64,000 nucleotides of DNA, taken from IMG/VR virus record IMGVR_UViG_2974778117_000001, positions 32,001 to 96,000 of that record. The stretch is one strand, 5' to 3'. This DNA is from a virus. Taxonomy: Duplodnaviria; Caudoviricetes. Position 1 is the first letter of the stretch. Every line of letters starts with the position of its first letter. Below, piece after piece: positions 32,159 through 42,500 of this stretch. A program made the translations under genes and the position numbers. The notes under the pieces are model-generated. The model was not told where the DNA came from, searched no databases, and saw nothing but the letters and a program-made list of their open reading frames with translations.

Positions 32159-33997
32159 CTTCAGATTTCTTCGGGTTCTTCAGCGATCACGACAAACTCC
32201 AGCGTCTGGATTCGATACTTCTTCCACGCGCCGCGTTTGCCTTCCTTGTACCGATTGCGCGCCTTATCCGCTGTGACCCAATCGTGGTAGAGCGGACCAA
32301 TCTGGGCACCCTTGCTGTTCACGATCCGATAAGCCAGTTCCATCACTTTCTCCTCGGGAGTTTGTGCTCATGATATGCGAAGTCCAGGATCATGATCACG
32401 ATGCCACACAAGAAAAGAGCTGGGATGTGAAGCTGGAATCCTGCGACGATGAACAGCACCGCCAGAAGGATCGACCAGGTATCACGCAGGAATCTGATCA
32501 TCAATCCTATCCCTCAGCTCTTTTGGAAGTAGTTCTGCTTGATCATCGCTTGGAAGTATCGACCAGGGGCGATGAAGATGCCACCCTGACAGGTCCAACC
32601 GAGGCGGATGAACCGTTCTACCGCAGCGTGAGTTCAAGAACTGAACCGCCGACTGCAACGTCATACTCGGTAGGACTCAGAGAATTGTCCATTCCTTCAC
32701 ACCCTCCTCTTTCAGTTCAGGTACGATTTCGATCACCCAGTCATCACCCGGAGTCTGTGAAAAACGAGCTTCCAGAAGCTCACGGGCGCGTTCCGGGGAT
32801 TCGGCGACGACGATAGCGCGGAGGCGAGGCTTTTCGCTGGTGGTCGCTTGATACTGCTGCATTATGACTCCTTGATGTCGGTTGAATGAGGTTCATTATA
32901 TACGCGCTTGAAGCTCGGACTCAAGGGTTGCAGGGTGGCTGCATACAGATCCAGTTCCTTCCGAGCTACTTCTTCGGACGGGAACGGACCGTGGATGTCG
33001 CTCCAGGTTTCATCCCAGAACCAGTAGCCTTCATCGTTGACCACGACCGGATCGGCTGGATTGTCGGTGACGTAGCGGTACTTGCTCATTGCATGTTCTC
33101 CTTGATGAACTTCTCGGCGCGCTCGAGACCGAACTCCTTGATCAGGGCGTCGCGCAGTTCGCCCGAGGAGATTTCCTTGATCGGCGGTGGTGGAGCCAAA
33201 GATTTCAGGCGCTCTTCCAGCTTGGTGAGCACTTGATTCTGATACACGATGCCACCTTCCATGTTCACGTGCAGAGCCGGGATTGCAGGACCACCCCATT
33301 CAGAGTTGGACATGCCAACCTTATACTTCGGGATGCTGTCGAGGGCTTCCTTCACCAGCTCATACGCGAATCCACGGACGAGTTCCATCGTCTCCTTCTC
33401 GCACTCGGTGCTGCTGTCATCTTCGTATCCGATGCAGACCAGTTCACCCAGCTTGTCGCTGATCTCTTCATGCAGATGATCAGCCTTGCTCACGACGCTC
33501 TGGCTCATGCGGTGCGCACCCATTCGTCGCCATCCGAATCGATGAACGACTCGCCGACAGCCCAGCGTCAGGAGCTTCTCCCGGTCTGCGATCTCGATGT
33601 CTTTGTCGGCGTGGACCAGCAGTCCCACGGCTTCGGATTCGTTCAGCTCGACGCTGGTCTCATGACCCATGATGTCGGCGGTGACGGTGAATTCTTTCAT
33701 GATGATCTCCTCAGGGATAGACGAACAGGTTGATGAAGTAGTCGCCCACCACGTCAGTGACGAGCAGCGTGCCGTAGTAGACCGAGCCGTTGCCTTGCAG
33801 ACCGTTGTAGGTCCAGCTCACGTCTTTGTGTTCCATGCTCCGGGCCTTTACGAAACGTTCCAGGATCTCGGTCATGTTCAGTTCGTGCTTCAGATCCACC
33901 GTAAACTGGGTCTGTTCCAGGTTGCGCGAGTCGATTGCTACGATGCGGGTCTTATTCATCTTCACTCTCCAGGGGCGAATCCCCTTTTCATGGAACG

Positions 33998-34033
33998 ATT
34001 GTATGATACTCTTGGGCGGAAGTCAAGTACTTT
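33998..34033 (-). promoter_or_regulatory. early promoter (AAAGTAC class), back-to-back with late TAAATA at 34041
   Basis: AAAGTAC-TTGACT-17-TACAAT. Confidence 0.85.
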
Positions 34034-34051
34034 CTACGGTTAAATACAGAT

Positions 34052-34335
34052 ATGTTTCCTGCATCCAGAATCTTCGACATGACTATGGGGCATGATTGCC
34101 ATCCGCCCCAGAAAATCCTCGCCGGGTCCATGAATGTCCTGATCGAGAAGAAGCCTGCAGCCAGAACGGGAGACGCTATCCAGCCACACTGCTGTGGCAA
34201 TAGCTGTCACCCAACCTTCTGCGCGATGGGATCACCCACCGTGCTCGTCAATGGTCGTCCTCTCCAGCGCGTCACCTCAGTGGCAAGTTGCGGGTCGTGA
34301 TCATGACCGGCGCCATGACGGTACTAGTAGCATGA
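34052..34335 (+). CDS. PAAR spike-tip protein (gp5.4-like; frameshift near 34297)
   Basis: GHDCHPP, GS.NVLI..KPAARTGD, GSPTVLVNGRP, CGS. Confidence 0.88.
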
Positions 34336-34730
34336 CCACCCTCCAGCAGAATCCGATCTACAAAGACATCGACCTGAACTTCATGCCGAATCCGTTGACC
34401 GGCGATCTGACTCCGAAGGTCAACGTAGCCGCGATCCAGCGAGCTATCGGTCATCTGTTCCGTCTGAACCCATTCGACATTCCCTTCCAGCCGAAGACGC
34501 GATCAAACCTGAAGCGCTACTTGTTTGAGGGCAACGATCAGGTCGTCAAAGCGAATCTGGTCGAAGACCTGAAATGGGTCTGTACCAAGCTTGAGCCGCG
34601 CATCGAGGTGAAGGAGATCACGGTCAATGACGGCGACAATCCGAAGACTTGGGTCATCACCGTTGTCTATTTCATCCGGTCGCTCTCAACTGAAGAGCGC
34701 TTCAACTTCACAGTGGAAAGAGCACGATGA
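34332..34730 (+). CDS. gp25: baseplate wedge / sheath initiator
   Basis: YKDIDLNF.PNPLTGDL, AI.R.I..L, PF.P, LEPRI.V. Confidence 0.9.
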   Translation: MTTLQQNPIYKDIDLNFMPNPLTGDLTPKVNVAAIQRAIGHLFRLNPFDIPFQPKTRSNLKRYLFEGNDQVVKANLVEDLKWVCTKLEPRIEVKEITVNDGDNPKTWVITVVYFIRSLSTEERFNFTVERAR

Positions 34731-36517
34731 AGAATCTACCCGTACAGAGCCTTGAGTTCGATCAGATCAAGGCCAACTTCAAAGACTTCCTGAAGGGCAA
34801 CCCGGATTACAAGGACTTCAACTTTGAAGCCTCGGGTATCAGCACCGTCCTGAACATCGCGTCCTACCAGACGCACTACATCGGCTACTTTGTCAAGATG
34901 CTGCTTGACGAGGCCTTCGCTGACTCCGCTCACTCCCGTTCCGCTCTGCTATCCCACGCCAAGGGCAAGGGAATGCTACCAAAGGGGCGCAAGTCGAGCC
35001 GTGCGGAAGTACAGCTGAAGGTCATTACCGATCTGACCAATGAACCGCTGAGCCGTAGCATCGCGCTCGACCGCGGTATGACTTTCAACTCGACCAACGC
35101 ATCGTCTGACTTCCGCACCTTCGCGGTTCAGGATGGTACGATTCTATATGATCGACAGGTCGATGGTCAAGTGGTCACGTACACCAGCGACGTCATCTCG
35201 ATCAGCGAAGGCACGTTCCGCACATGGAACTTCCTGGTAGACGCTTCGATCTTGTATCCGAAGTTCTCGATCCGCGACGAGAACATTGACATTGATACCC
35301 TGCGCGTGCGCGTGCGTGAGAACGACACCTCGACCGAGTACGTTGAGTACACGCTGGCGACTTCGATTGATGATCTGAGTCCGACCAGCAAGGCGTTCTT
35401 CGTATCTACCGACGAGAACGAGAACTACCAGATCTTCTTCGGTAACAACGTCTTCGGCATCCAGCCTCAAGGCGGAAACGCTATCGAATGCACCTTCATG
35501 AGCTGCAGCGGTGTCGGTGGCGATGGCGCCAAGACCTTCAGCTTCAACCGCCCAGACCCGGACGGTCCAGGAAGCATCGGCACCTACAGCAACTTCCAGA
35601 CCATCACGACCAACCAGTCGGCTGGTGGCGCGGAACCGCAGTCCGTTGAAGACCTCCGCTTCACTATCCCCAACAACTTCAAGCGTCAGAACCGCACGGT
35701 GACTCCGGGTGACTTCCGCTCGATCTTGACTGAGGAGTTTCGGAACATCGACTCCATGAACGTGTGGGGTGGTGAGTCCAATGCGCAACGCGACTACGGC
35801 AAGATCTACATCTCGATCAAGCCGAAGAACGCTGACCGCTTGACCGCGATCAGCCGTCAGAACATCACGAACGATCTGGTGCATAAGTACGGCATCGTAG
35901 GCATCGATCCGGTATTCGTTGACCCGGACTTCATCAATGTCACGGTCACGATCGTCCCGAATCTCGACCTTCGCAAGACCAACAAGTCGACCCCGGAGAT
36001 CGAAGCCTACATCCTGAATCGTCTGAACCTATACAACACGTCGGTCCTGAACCGCTTCGATAGCATGCTATCTGATGTGGATATGCTGAACTTCATCAAG
36101 AACGGCGAGTCCTACTTCACGTCCTTGTACAGCGTGAAGGTGCTCAACAAGCAGGTGACTCAGCTCCACAACTCGACCACGACACAGCTTGTCAACTTCG
36201 GTAATCAGCTCGTCCCGGGAACGATCAGCTCAACCGCAATCAGCTATTCGACATTCACGGCGCAGATCAAGGATGACGGAAAGGGTTTGCTGAATCTGAT
36301 CGACACCGCGACCGGCAAGGTTCTGGTGAAGGCTGGCACGATCAACTACACCAACGGACAGTTGAACTACACTCTCCCGGCTGCAGCACGAGCGGCTGGA
36401 TACGAGTCTAGCACAACTGGCATCATCGGGTTCAATGCCAGCCCGGTCAACCCGGACGTAAGTACATACTTGAACAACATCGTGCGCATCTCTGCATCGA
36501 AGGTCGGCAAGGCATGA
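34727..36517 (+). CDS. gp6: baseplate wedge subunit
   Basis: LEFDQIK..FK.FL, DFNFE.SG.S..L, FGNNVFG, QNRTVT..D, VWGGE. Confidence 0.93.
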   Translation: MKNLPVQSLEFDQIKANFKDFLKGNPDYKDFNFEASGISTVLNIASYQTHYIGYFVKMLLDEAFADSAHSRSALLSHAKGKGMLPKGRKSSRAEVQLKVITDLTNEPLSRSIALDRGMTFNSTNASSDFRTFAVQDGTILYDRQVDGQVVTYTSDVISISEGTFRTWNFLVDASILYPKFSIRDENIDIDTLRVRVRENDTSTEYVEYTLATSIDDLSPTSKAFFVSTDENENYQIFFGNNVFGIQPQGGNAIECTFMSCSGVGGDGAKTFSFNRPDPDGPGSIGTYSNFQTITTNQSAGGAEPQSVEDLRFTIPNNFKRQNRTVTPGDFRSILTEEFRNIDSMNVWGGESNAQRDYGKIYISIKPKNADRLTAISRQNITNDLVHKYGIVGIDPVFVDPDFINVTVTIVPNLDLRKTNKSTPEIEAYILNRLNLYNTSVLNRFDSMLSDVDMLNFIKNGESYFTSLYSVKVLNKQVTQLHNSTTTQLVNFGNQLVPGTISSTAISYSTFTAQIKDDGKGLLNLIDTATGKVLVKAGTINYTNGQLNYTLPAAARAAGYESSTTGIIGFNASPVNPDVSTYLNNIVRISASKVGKA

Positions 36518-38025
36518 CAACCTCAATCATTCCAGTCCTAGAGAGCAGGATTCCTGAGTTCGCTCGGGAATCCTACCCCTACTTTGTCAAGTTCATCAAA
36601 GACTACTTGACTTGGCTGGAACAGGACGACAACTTCCTGGGTATCGCCAACAACTGGCAACACAACATGGAACCGTCCAATGATGTGGAGCCGTATGTCA
36701 GCGCGATCCTGCGTGACCTTGGATTTGACGTGGCTCAAGACCTGTCAGTTCCGAAGTCCGTGCTGTTGCACTTCTTGCGTGACTTCTATCTGAGCCGAGG
36801 CACAGAGACGTCATTCAAGTTCCTGTTCCGCGCGCTGTTCAACTCGCCGGTAGAGATTCGCTACCCACGTGAGGAGATGCTGATTCCGTCCATCGCCAAC
36901 TATGCGAGCCGGAGCTACATCTTCACCTCAGCGAACAATCGCAACATCCGAGAATTCACCTCGCTTGTCAACTATGTGCGCGAGTATAGCGGTGAGCTCG
37001 TCGGGTTGACTTCCGAAGCTCGGACTAGCATCGAGAATATCAGCATCGTGTATGGACAGGGCACGCCCTACCTACTGATTGAGATTCTGGCTCCGCTGAC
37101 TGAGTTCCAGGTAGGTGAGCAGGTCAACATCATCGGGAACATCACGATCTCCGAACAGGTCAAGCCGGTTCTGTCGATCAAGATCAAGAACCCCGGGTCG
37201 CTGTATCAACCGGACGACTTGGTCTATGCCGATGGCCCGAACCTCCCGGGACGTGCATCTATTGCAGCTGTCAGCTCTGGCGGTGTGACTGGAGTGCAGA
37301 TCGACTCGCCGGGTGCAGGCTATCAGGTTGGTGATCGCATCTACGCAAGCTCGCTGGATAACGGCTGGGGCTTCAACGCTTACGTCACCGAAGTAGATGC
37401 AAACGGTGGCATCACTCAGGTTAGAGTCTCTTCAAAGGGCTACAGCTATGAAACTCTCCCAATGTTGCAAGTTCGCCAGACAGCGAACCCAGCAAAACTT
37501 GTTGCGATCAGCAGTGAAATTGGGGCTATCACCCGCATCCAAATCGCGGACCCGTTCGTTGACTTTGACGATGTGGCATTTGACATTGTCAGCGATTTCG
37601 GTAGCGGAGCGGTGCTTGAAGCTGAGCAAGTAAGCAGATATGAGACCCGAGAGTGGCTAGACCGCCGAGGCGTGATTGCTGAAGCCAGTACCATCATCGA
37701 CTCTGATAAATATCAACAGTTCTCCTATACCATTGTAAGCCCCATCCCCGCCGACCGCTATGATGCGTTTGTGGATGATCTGCTCCACCCAGCAGGCTAC
37801 ATCCGGACCAGCACATACGAAATCTACACCGCTGGTGAGATCGAAGTGGTTCCGGGCGGAGAGGAAGAGCAACCGTTGCCGCCGTTCGTGTTCATCGGCG
37901 ATCTGGTTCTCGCCTTGGAAGGTGGCTATGGTATGGACGTGATCGAGCAAGACATCATCGTCACAGACCTTGGTGATCCGATCATCACCGACGTGGAAAC
38001 TCCAATCTTGTATACAAAGGGTTAA
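36514..38025 (+). CDS. gp7: baseplate wedge initiator (gp7-like)
   Basis: IPEF.RE.YP.FV.F, DFYLSRGTE.SFKFLFR.LF, DS..YQ.FSY and LLHPAG motifs. Confidence 0.8.
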   Translation: MTTSIIPVLESRIPEFARESYPYFVKFIKDYLTWLEQDDNFLGIANNWQHNMEPSNDVEPYVSAILRDLGFDVAQDLSVPKSVLLHFLRDFYLSRGTETSFKFLFRALFNSPVEIRYPREEMLIPSIANYASRSYIFTSANNRNIREFTSLVNYVREYSGELVGLTSEARTSIENISIVYGQGTPYLLIEILAPLTEFQVGEQVNIIGNITISEQVKPVLSIKIKNPGSLYQPDDLVYADGPNLPGRASIAAVSSGGVTGVQIDSPGAGYQVGDRIYASSLDNGWGFNAYVTEVDANGGITQVRVSSKGYSYETLPMLQVRQTANPAKLVAISSEIGAITRIQIADPFVDFDDVAFDIVSDFGSGAVLEAEQVSRYETREWLDRRGVIAEASTIIDSDKYQQFSYTIVSPIPADRYDAFVDDLLHPAGYIRTSTYEIYTAGEIEVVPGGEEEQPLPPFVFIGDLVLALEGGYGMDVIEQDIIVTDLGDPIITDVETPILYTKG

Positions 38026-38029
38026 GCTC

Positions 38030-39573
38030 ATGCCGTTCGCATTCACTCCACAAGTCAACACATTCGTTGCGGCTAACCTGATTGCCGGCATCCGCTCCTT
38101 GAAGCCATCAGCTAGACGTCCTCTGACACCGTACTCTCAGGGTACGCGTGTGGTCAATGGAGACAACGAGTACATCTCGATTCAGGGTGGGACTACCAGC
38201 TCTGGATCAGGCCCGACCGCTACCTCGGGCACCCAGTTCGACGGCACTGTCCAGTGGCTCGCGCTGGGATCAAACGCAGTACGAGATGGTGACATCAACG
38301 CCAACCTGTACATGTCAATCGGCAAGCAGACCGAGTGGCCCAACCCGACGACACCTCCGGCACCGGATCTCTCGGGCGCAAGTCAAGCTCAAGCGAAGTC
38401 CGATGCAACCGCTTTCCTCCAGGTCAAGCCCGACAACGTGCGACTGGGAATCAAGAACAACGCCTGGACAACCGGCACGATCTATTCTCAGTTCGATCCG
38501 AGCATTGACCAGTCGACCTATCCAACTCCGAACTACGTGATCGTTGACCAGACGTTCGTCTACAAGTGCCTCGACAACAACAATGGTGTGGCTTCCACAG
38601 TCCAGCCGGTCGGCACCTCGACCAACGTGATTGAGCTCAGCGATGGCTACATCTGGAAGTACGTTGCGCGATTGCTGCCAAGGATGTGATCGACTTCGGC
38701 AACACTCAGTTCTCTCCTCTCCCAACAGCGGTGGGTACGGCGCAGCCGGGTTCCATCTCAACATTCAAGGGCTTGGTCTCGTCATCAACTCCGTTCTCCG
38801 ACACAGCCACCATCGCCACAAAGGTGATCGGTTCCGGTAACGGCGCGTCGGCAGCGGTGAGGACAACGACTTCAGGCAATCAGGTCACACTGACCGGACT
38901 CTTCTCCTCAACTGGTGGTACTGGCTACAATGCAAATCCGACTCCGTATGCAATTGCTTATGACTCAGCTGCGACTGGCGATGGTGCAACTATCGCTACT
39001 ACTATTGCGTCCGGTGGAGTATCTGGTCTCTCGGTGACAACCGGCGGTTCAGGTTACACCGACGCTTTCGCAGTGATCATCGGTGACGGCACGGGCGCAA
39101 CGGCAAACGTGACCGTCTCGGGTGGTCAGATCACCAACGTCACCGTGGGTGCTGCTGGTACTGGATACACCTGGGCAATCGCGGTCGTGATTCCAGGTAC
39201 TGCTGGTGGTGCTGCTCCTGCGGTGCTCGCTCCGGTGAATGGTCACGGCTCGGATCTGGAAACAGAATTGCAAGCCAACACTGTCCTGGTGACTGTGCGT
39301 CTACTGGCTGCCCTGTCGGCTTACATCCCGACACAGAGTTCCAGCGTTGACGGTTCATTCCGTCAGATCACGCTGATCTCGGGTGTTCAGGGTTCGACCA
39401 GAAACGCGGAAGCGTATCTTGGTCCAGCAAACACCCAGTACGCGACGAACCCTGGCAACCTCAATAAATATCTGAATGGTAGTGGATATGTGTTGTATAT
39501 GAACAACATTGAGGCAATCATCCACACAGCCACTCAGGAAGAGGTCATCAAGATCTCGATCACACTCAAGTAA
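38030..39573 (+). CDS. gp8: baseplate wedge subunit (frameshift near 38672)
   Basis: W..GT.Y..FD, VYKCLDNNNG..STV.P, DGYIWKY, GHGSD...EL.A, FRQI.LI, QEE.IKI. Confidence 0.85.
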
Positions 39574-39582
39574 AGGTCGATA

Positions 39583-42500
39583 ATGTCTAAGCTAGACTTC
39601 TCAGGAGCGCCATACACTGACGACTTCGATCCGCTGAAGGGGTTCCAGAAGGTTCTCTTCCGTCCGGGTCGAGCGGTTCAGGCGCGTGAGCTCAACCAAA
39701 TCCAGAGCATGTTCGGCAATCAACTGTCGAGCCTAGCTAACCACATCTTCAAGAACGGATCCAAGGTCAGCAACGGTCGCACCGCTCTGGCAGCGAAGTC
39801 GTATGTTCGCCTGCTGAACGATCCGGTTGTGTCGACTTACCCAGCTGGCACTCGCCTTGTCGGTGCAACCTCCGGCATCCAGGCGACTCTGGTCGTTGGT
39901 GTTGACCCGGAGAACGGTGATCCCTCAACCCTGTACGTGGTCTACACCTCGTCGGCAATTGACGGCACTACTTCGACGTTCATTCCGGGCGAGAAGATCA
40001 ACATCCTGGACGAGAACGGTTTCACCGTTGACGAGGTTGAAGTTCGCTGCCCGACTTGCCCAGGTTCCGGTCTGAGCGACACTATCGCTCCGGTTGGTCG
40101 TGGTCAGATGTTCTCGATTGACGAGGGTATCTTCTACTTCGAGGGGATGTTCATTGAGACTCCACCTCAGCAGATTATCGTCACCAAGTATCTGACGTAT
40201 GACACTGACGGCAACATCACCAACTTCGTCCCTTGCAAGATCGGCTTGGACTTCATCCAGTCCATCGTGACCTACAACGAGGACTCATCGCTGCTTGACC
40301 CGGCACTCGGCTATCCCAATAGCACGGCTCCGGGTGCTGACCGTTACAGGACTGAACTGCGACTGGTCAAGCGTGAGTACAATGTCGAGGACGGCGAGAA
40401 CTTCATTCCGCTGGCACGCCTGGGCGAAGGTCTGCGCATCGAGTTCATGAAGATGGACAGCGACTACGCTGACATCATGGACACCATCGCCAAGCGTACC
40501 TACGAGACCAATGGCGACTACACCATCCGTCCGTTCCGCGTCAGCTTCCTGAACAGCAAGAAGAAGACCGCATCTGACCCGCTGGGTTGGAGCGTGAATG
40601 GCAACGACGATGACCTCATCGCTGTCGTGACTCCTTCCGTGGCTTATGTCAAGGGCTATCGTGTCGAGACCATGGCTGACACTCCGGTGGCGTTCCGCAA
40701 GGCACGCGACACCAAGAAGATGGACAGCTTTGTCAAGCACTTCGATGGACGCACCTACATTCTCGGTAAGCCGGCAAGCAACGTGAGCTGGCCCAACCTG
40801 GCGACCGATTCCGGTACGATGGGTGGAACAGTCGTGACCCTGTACGATGGCGTGGCTACCTCGGGTGGCATCGCTGGTCAGGCAATCGGTACGTTCCGAG
40901 TCACCGATATGCAGTATGTGTCGGGCGATGTGGCTGCGAACACCGCGATCTTCAAGTATTACATCTACGATCTGAAACTGCTTCCAGGCTTCAAGCTGTC
41001 GCAGGCTCAGGGCTATGCTGTTTCCAACACTGGCTTCTACACGAACGTTGTCAAGGACGCGACCACCAACCAGGTCGAGATCTACAACAACAACCGTCAG
41101 GCCTTGATCTATCGTCTGGATCGCAACGACGTGAAGAGCCTTCGCTCTATCGCGGACGCGAACAACGGTTCCATCAATGTCGTGGTCCGCCGCAAGCTGA
41201 CTGGTGTTGCTGACGGTTCCGGTTCGGTGACCTTCACGACTTCGAGCAACGAATACTTCGACAACGCTGGTCCGTCGCTGGTCGGCTGGTACACTGCGAG
41301 CGGTACAACCCGGTCGTTCAACGCTTCGGCTGCAGCAAGCCTCAACCCGACAAGCCTGACTCTGAACATCGGTTCGGCTGCAGCGGGTGCATCGGTCACG
41401 GTCATCGCAGACATCCTGCGCACCAACCAGACCGAGAAGCAGAAGCTCCTAACCAAGCTGACGATCAACACTGTGATCGCTCCGGGCGAGAACATCGGCG
41501 ACAAGGTGATGCTGGGTAAGGCAGACGCGTTCCGCCTGAACAGCGTCAAGGTGTTCGTTGACGGTACTCCGACCGATCCAGTTGCCGACGTGACTTCTGA
41601 GTATGAAATCCATACCGGTATCACCGACACTGCTTATGGCGAATCCTGGATCCAGCGAGTCAAGGCTCCGGCATCGCCTATCAGCCCGACAATGCGTCTG
41701 GCTATCAGCTTCGACTACTACGAGCACAGCGGCAATCAGGGCTACTTCACTATTGACTCCTACGCTGCGGCGCTGAATGCTCCAGACAGTGATGTCACCT
41801 ATGATAGCCTGCCGACCTACGTGTCGATGGCTGGCGATTCATACCCGGTGGCAAGCTCTATCGACTTCCGCCCAGTCGTGATTGGTTCTGATCCGGTGAG
41901 CGTGTTGCTTCCGGCAAACGACTCGACCATGACATTTGACATCGAGTATTACCTGAGCCGTGCTGATCTGCTACAGATCAACAAGGATGGCGTGATCTAT
42001 GTCAAGGAAGGTGAGCCGAGCGAAACTCCGCGCATCCCGAAGACTGATGACAATGCAATGGCGCTGTATCAGATCTGGTTGACGCCATACACCTACAGCC
42101 TGAAGGACATCAGCACCAAGTTCATCGAGAACCGCCGCTACACAATGCGTGACATCGGCGCTATCGAGAATCGCTTGACAAACGTGGAGACCATCGTGTC
42201 TCTGAACCTGCTGGAGAAGTCGGCAGCCGATATGAGCATCAAGGACAGCAATGGTCTTGACCGCTACAAGAACGGATTCATCGCTGACAACTTCCAGGAC
42301 TTCCAGGCGGCTGATCTCCAGAGCAAGGAATGGCGTGCAGGTACAGACCGCACCCAGCGTCAGCTACGTCCGAGCTTCAAGGCATCGAACAAGAAGCTGA
42401 AATTCAACCTGGCGAAGTCGATTGGCGTTGCACTCCGCGGTAACGTGGCAACTCTGCCGTTCGACAATGTCATGTACATTGAACAGCCGTACGCTACCAA

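Larger units (their letters stand above)
20568..34026 (-). other. island of ~45 small early hypothetical genes
   Basis: densely overlapping 50-200 aa minus-strand ORFs with SD sites, repeatedly headed by sigma70 promoters. Confidence 0.85.
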
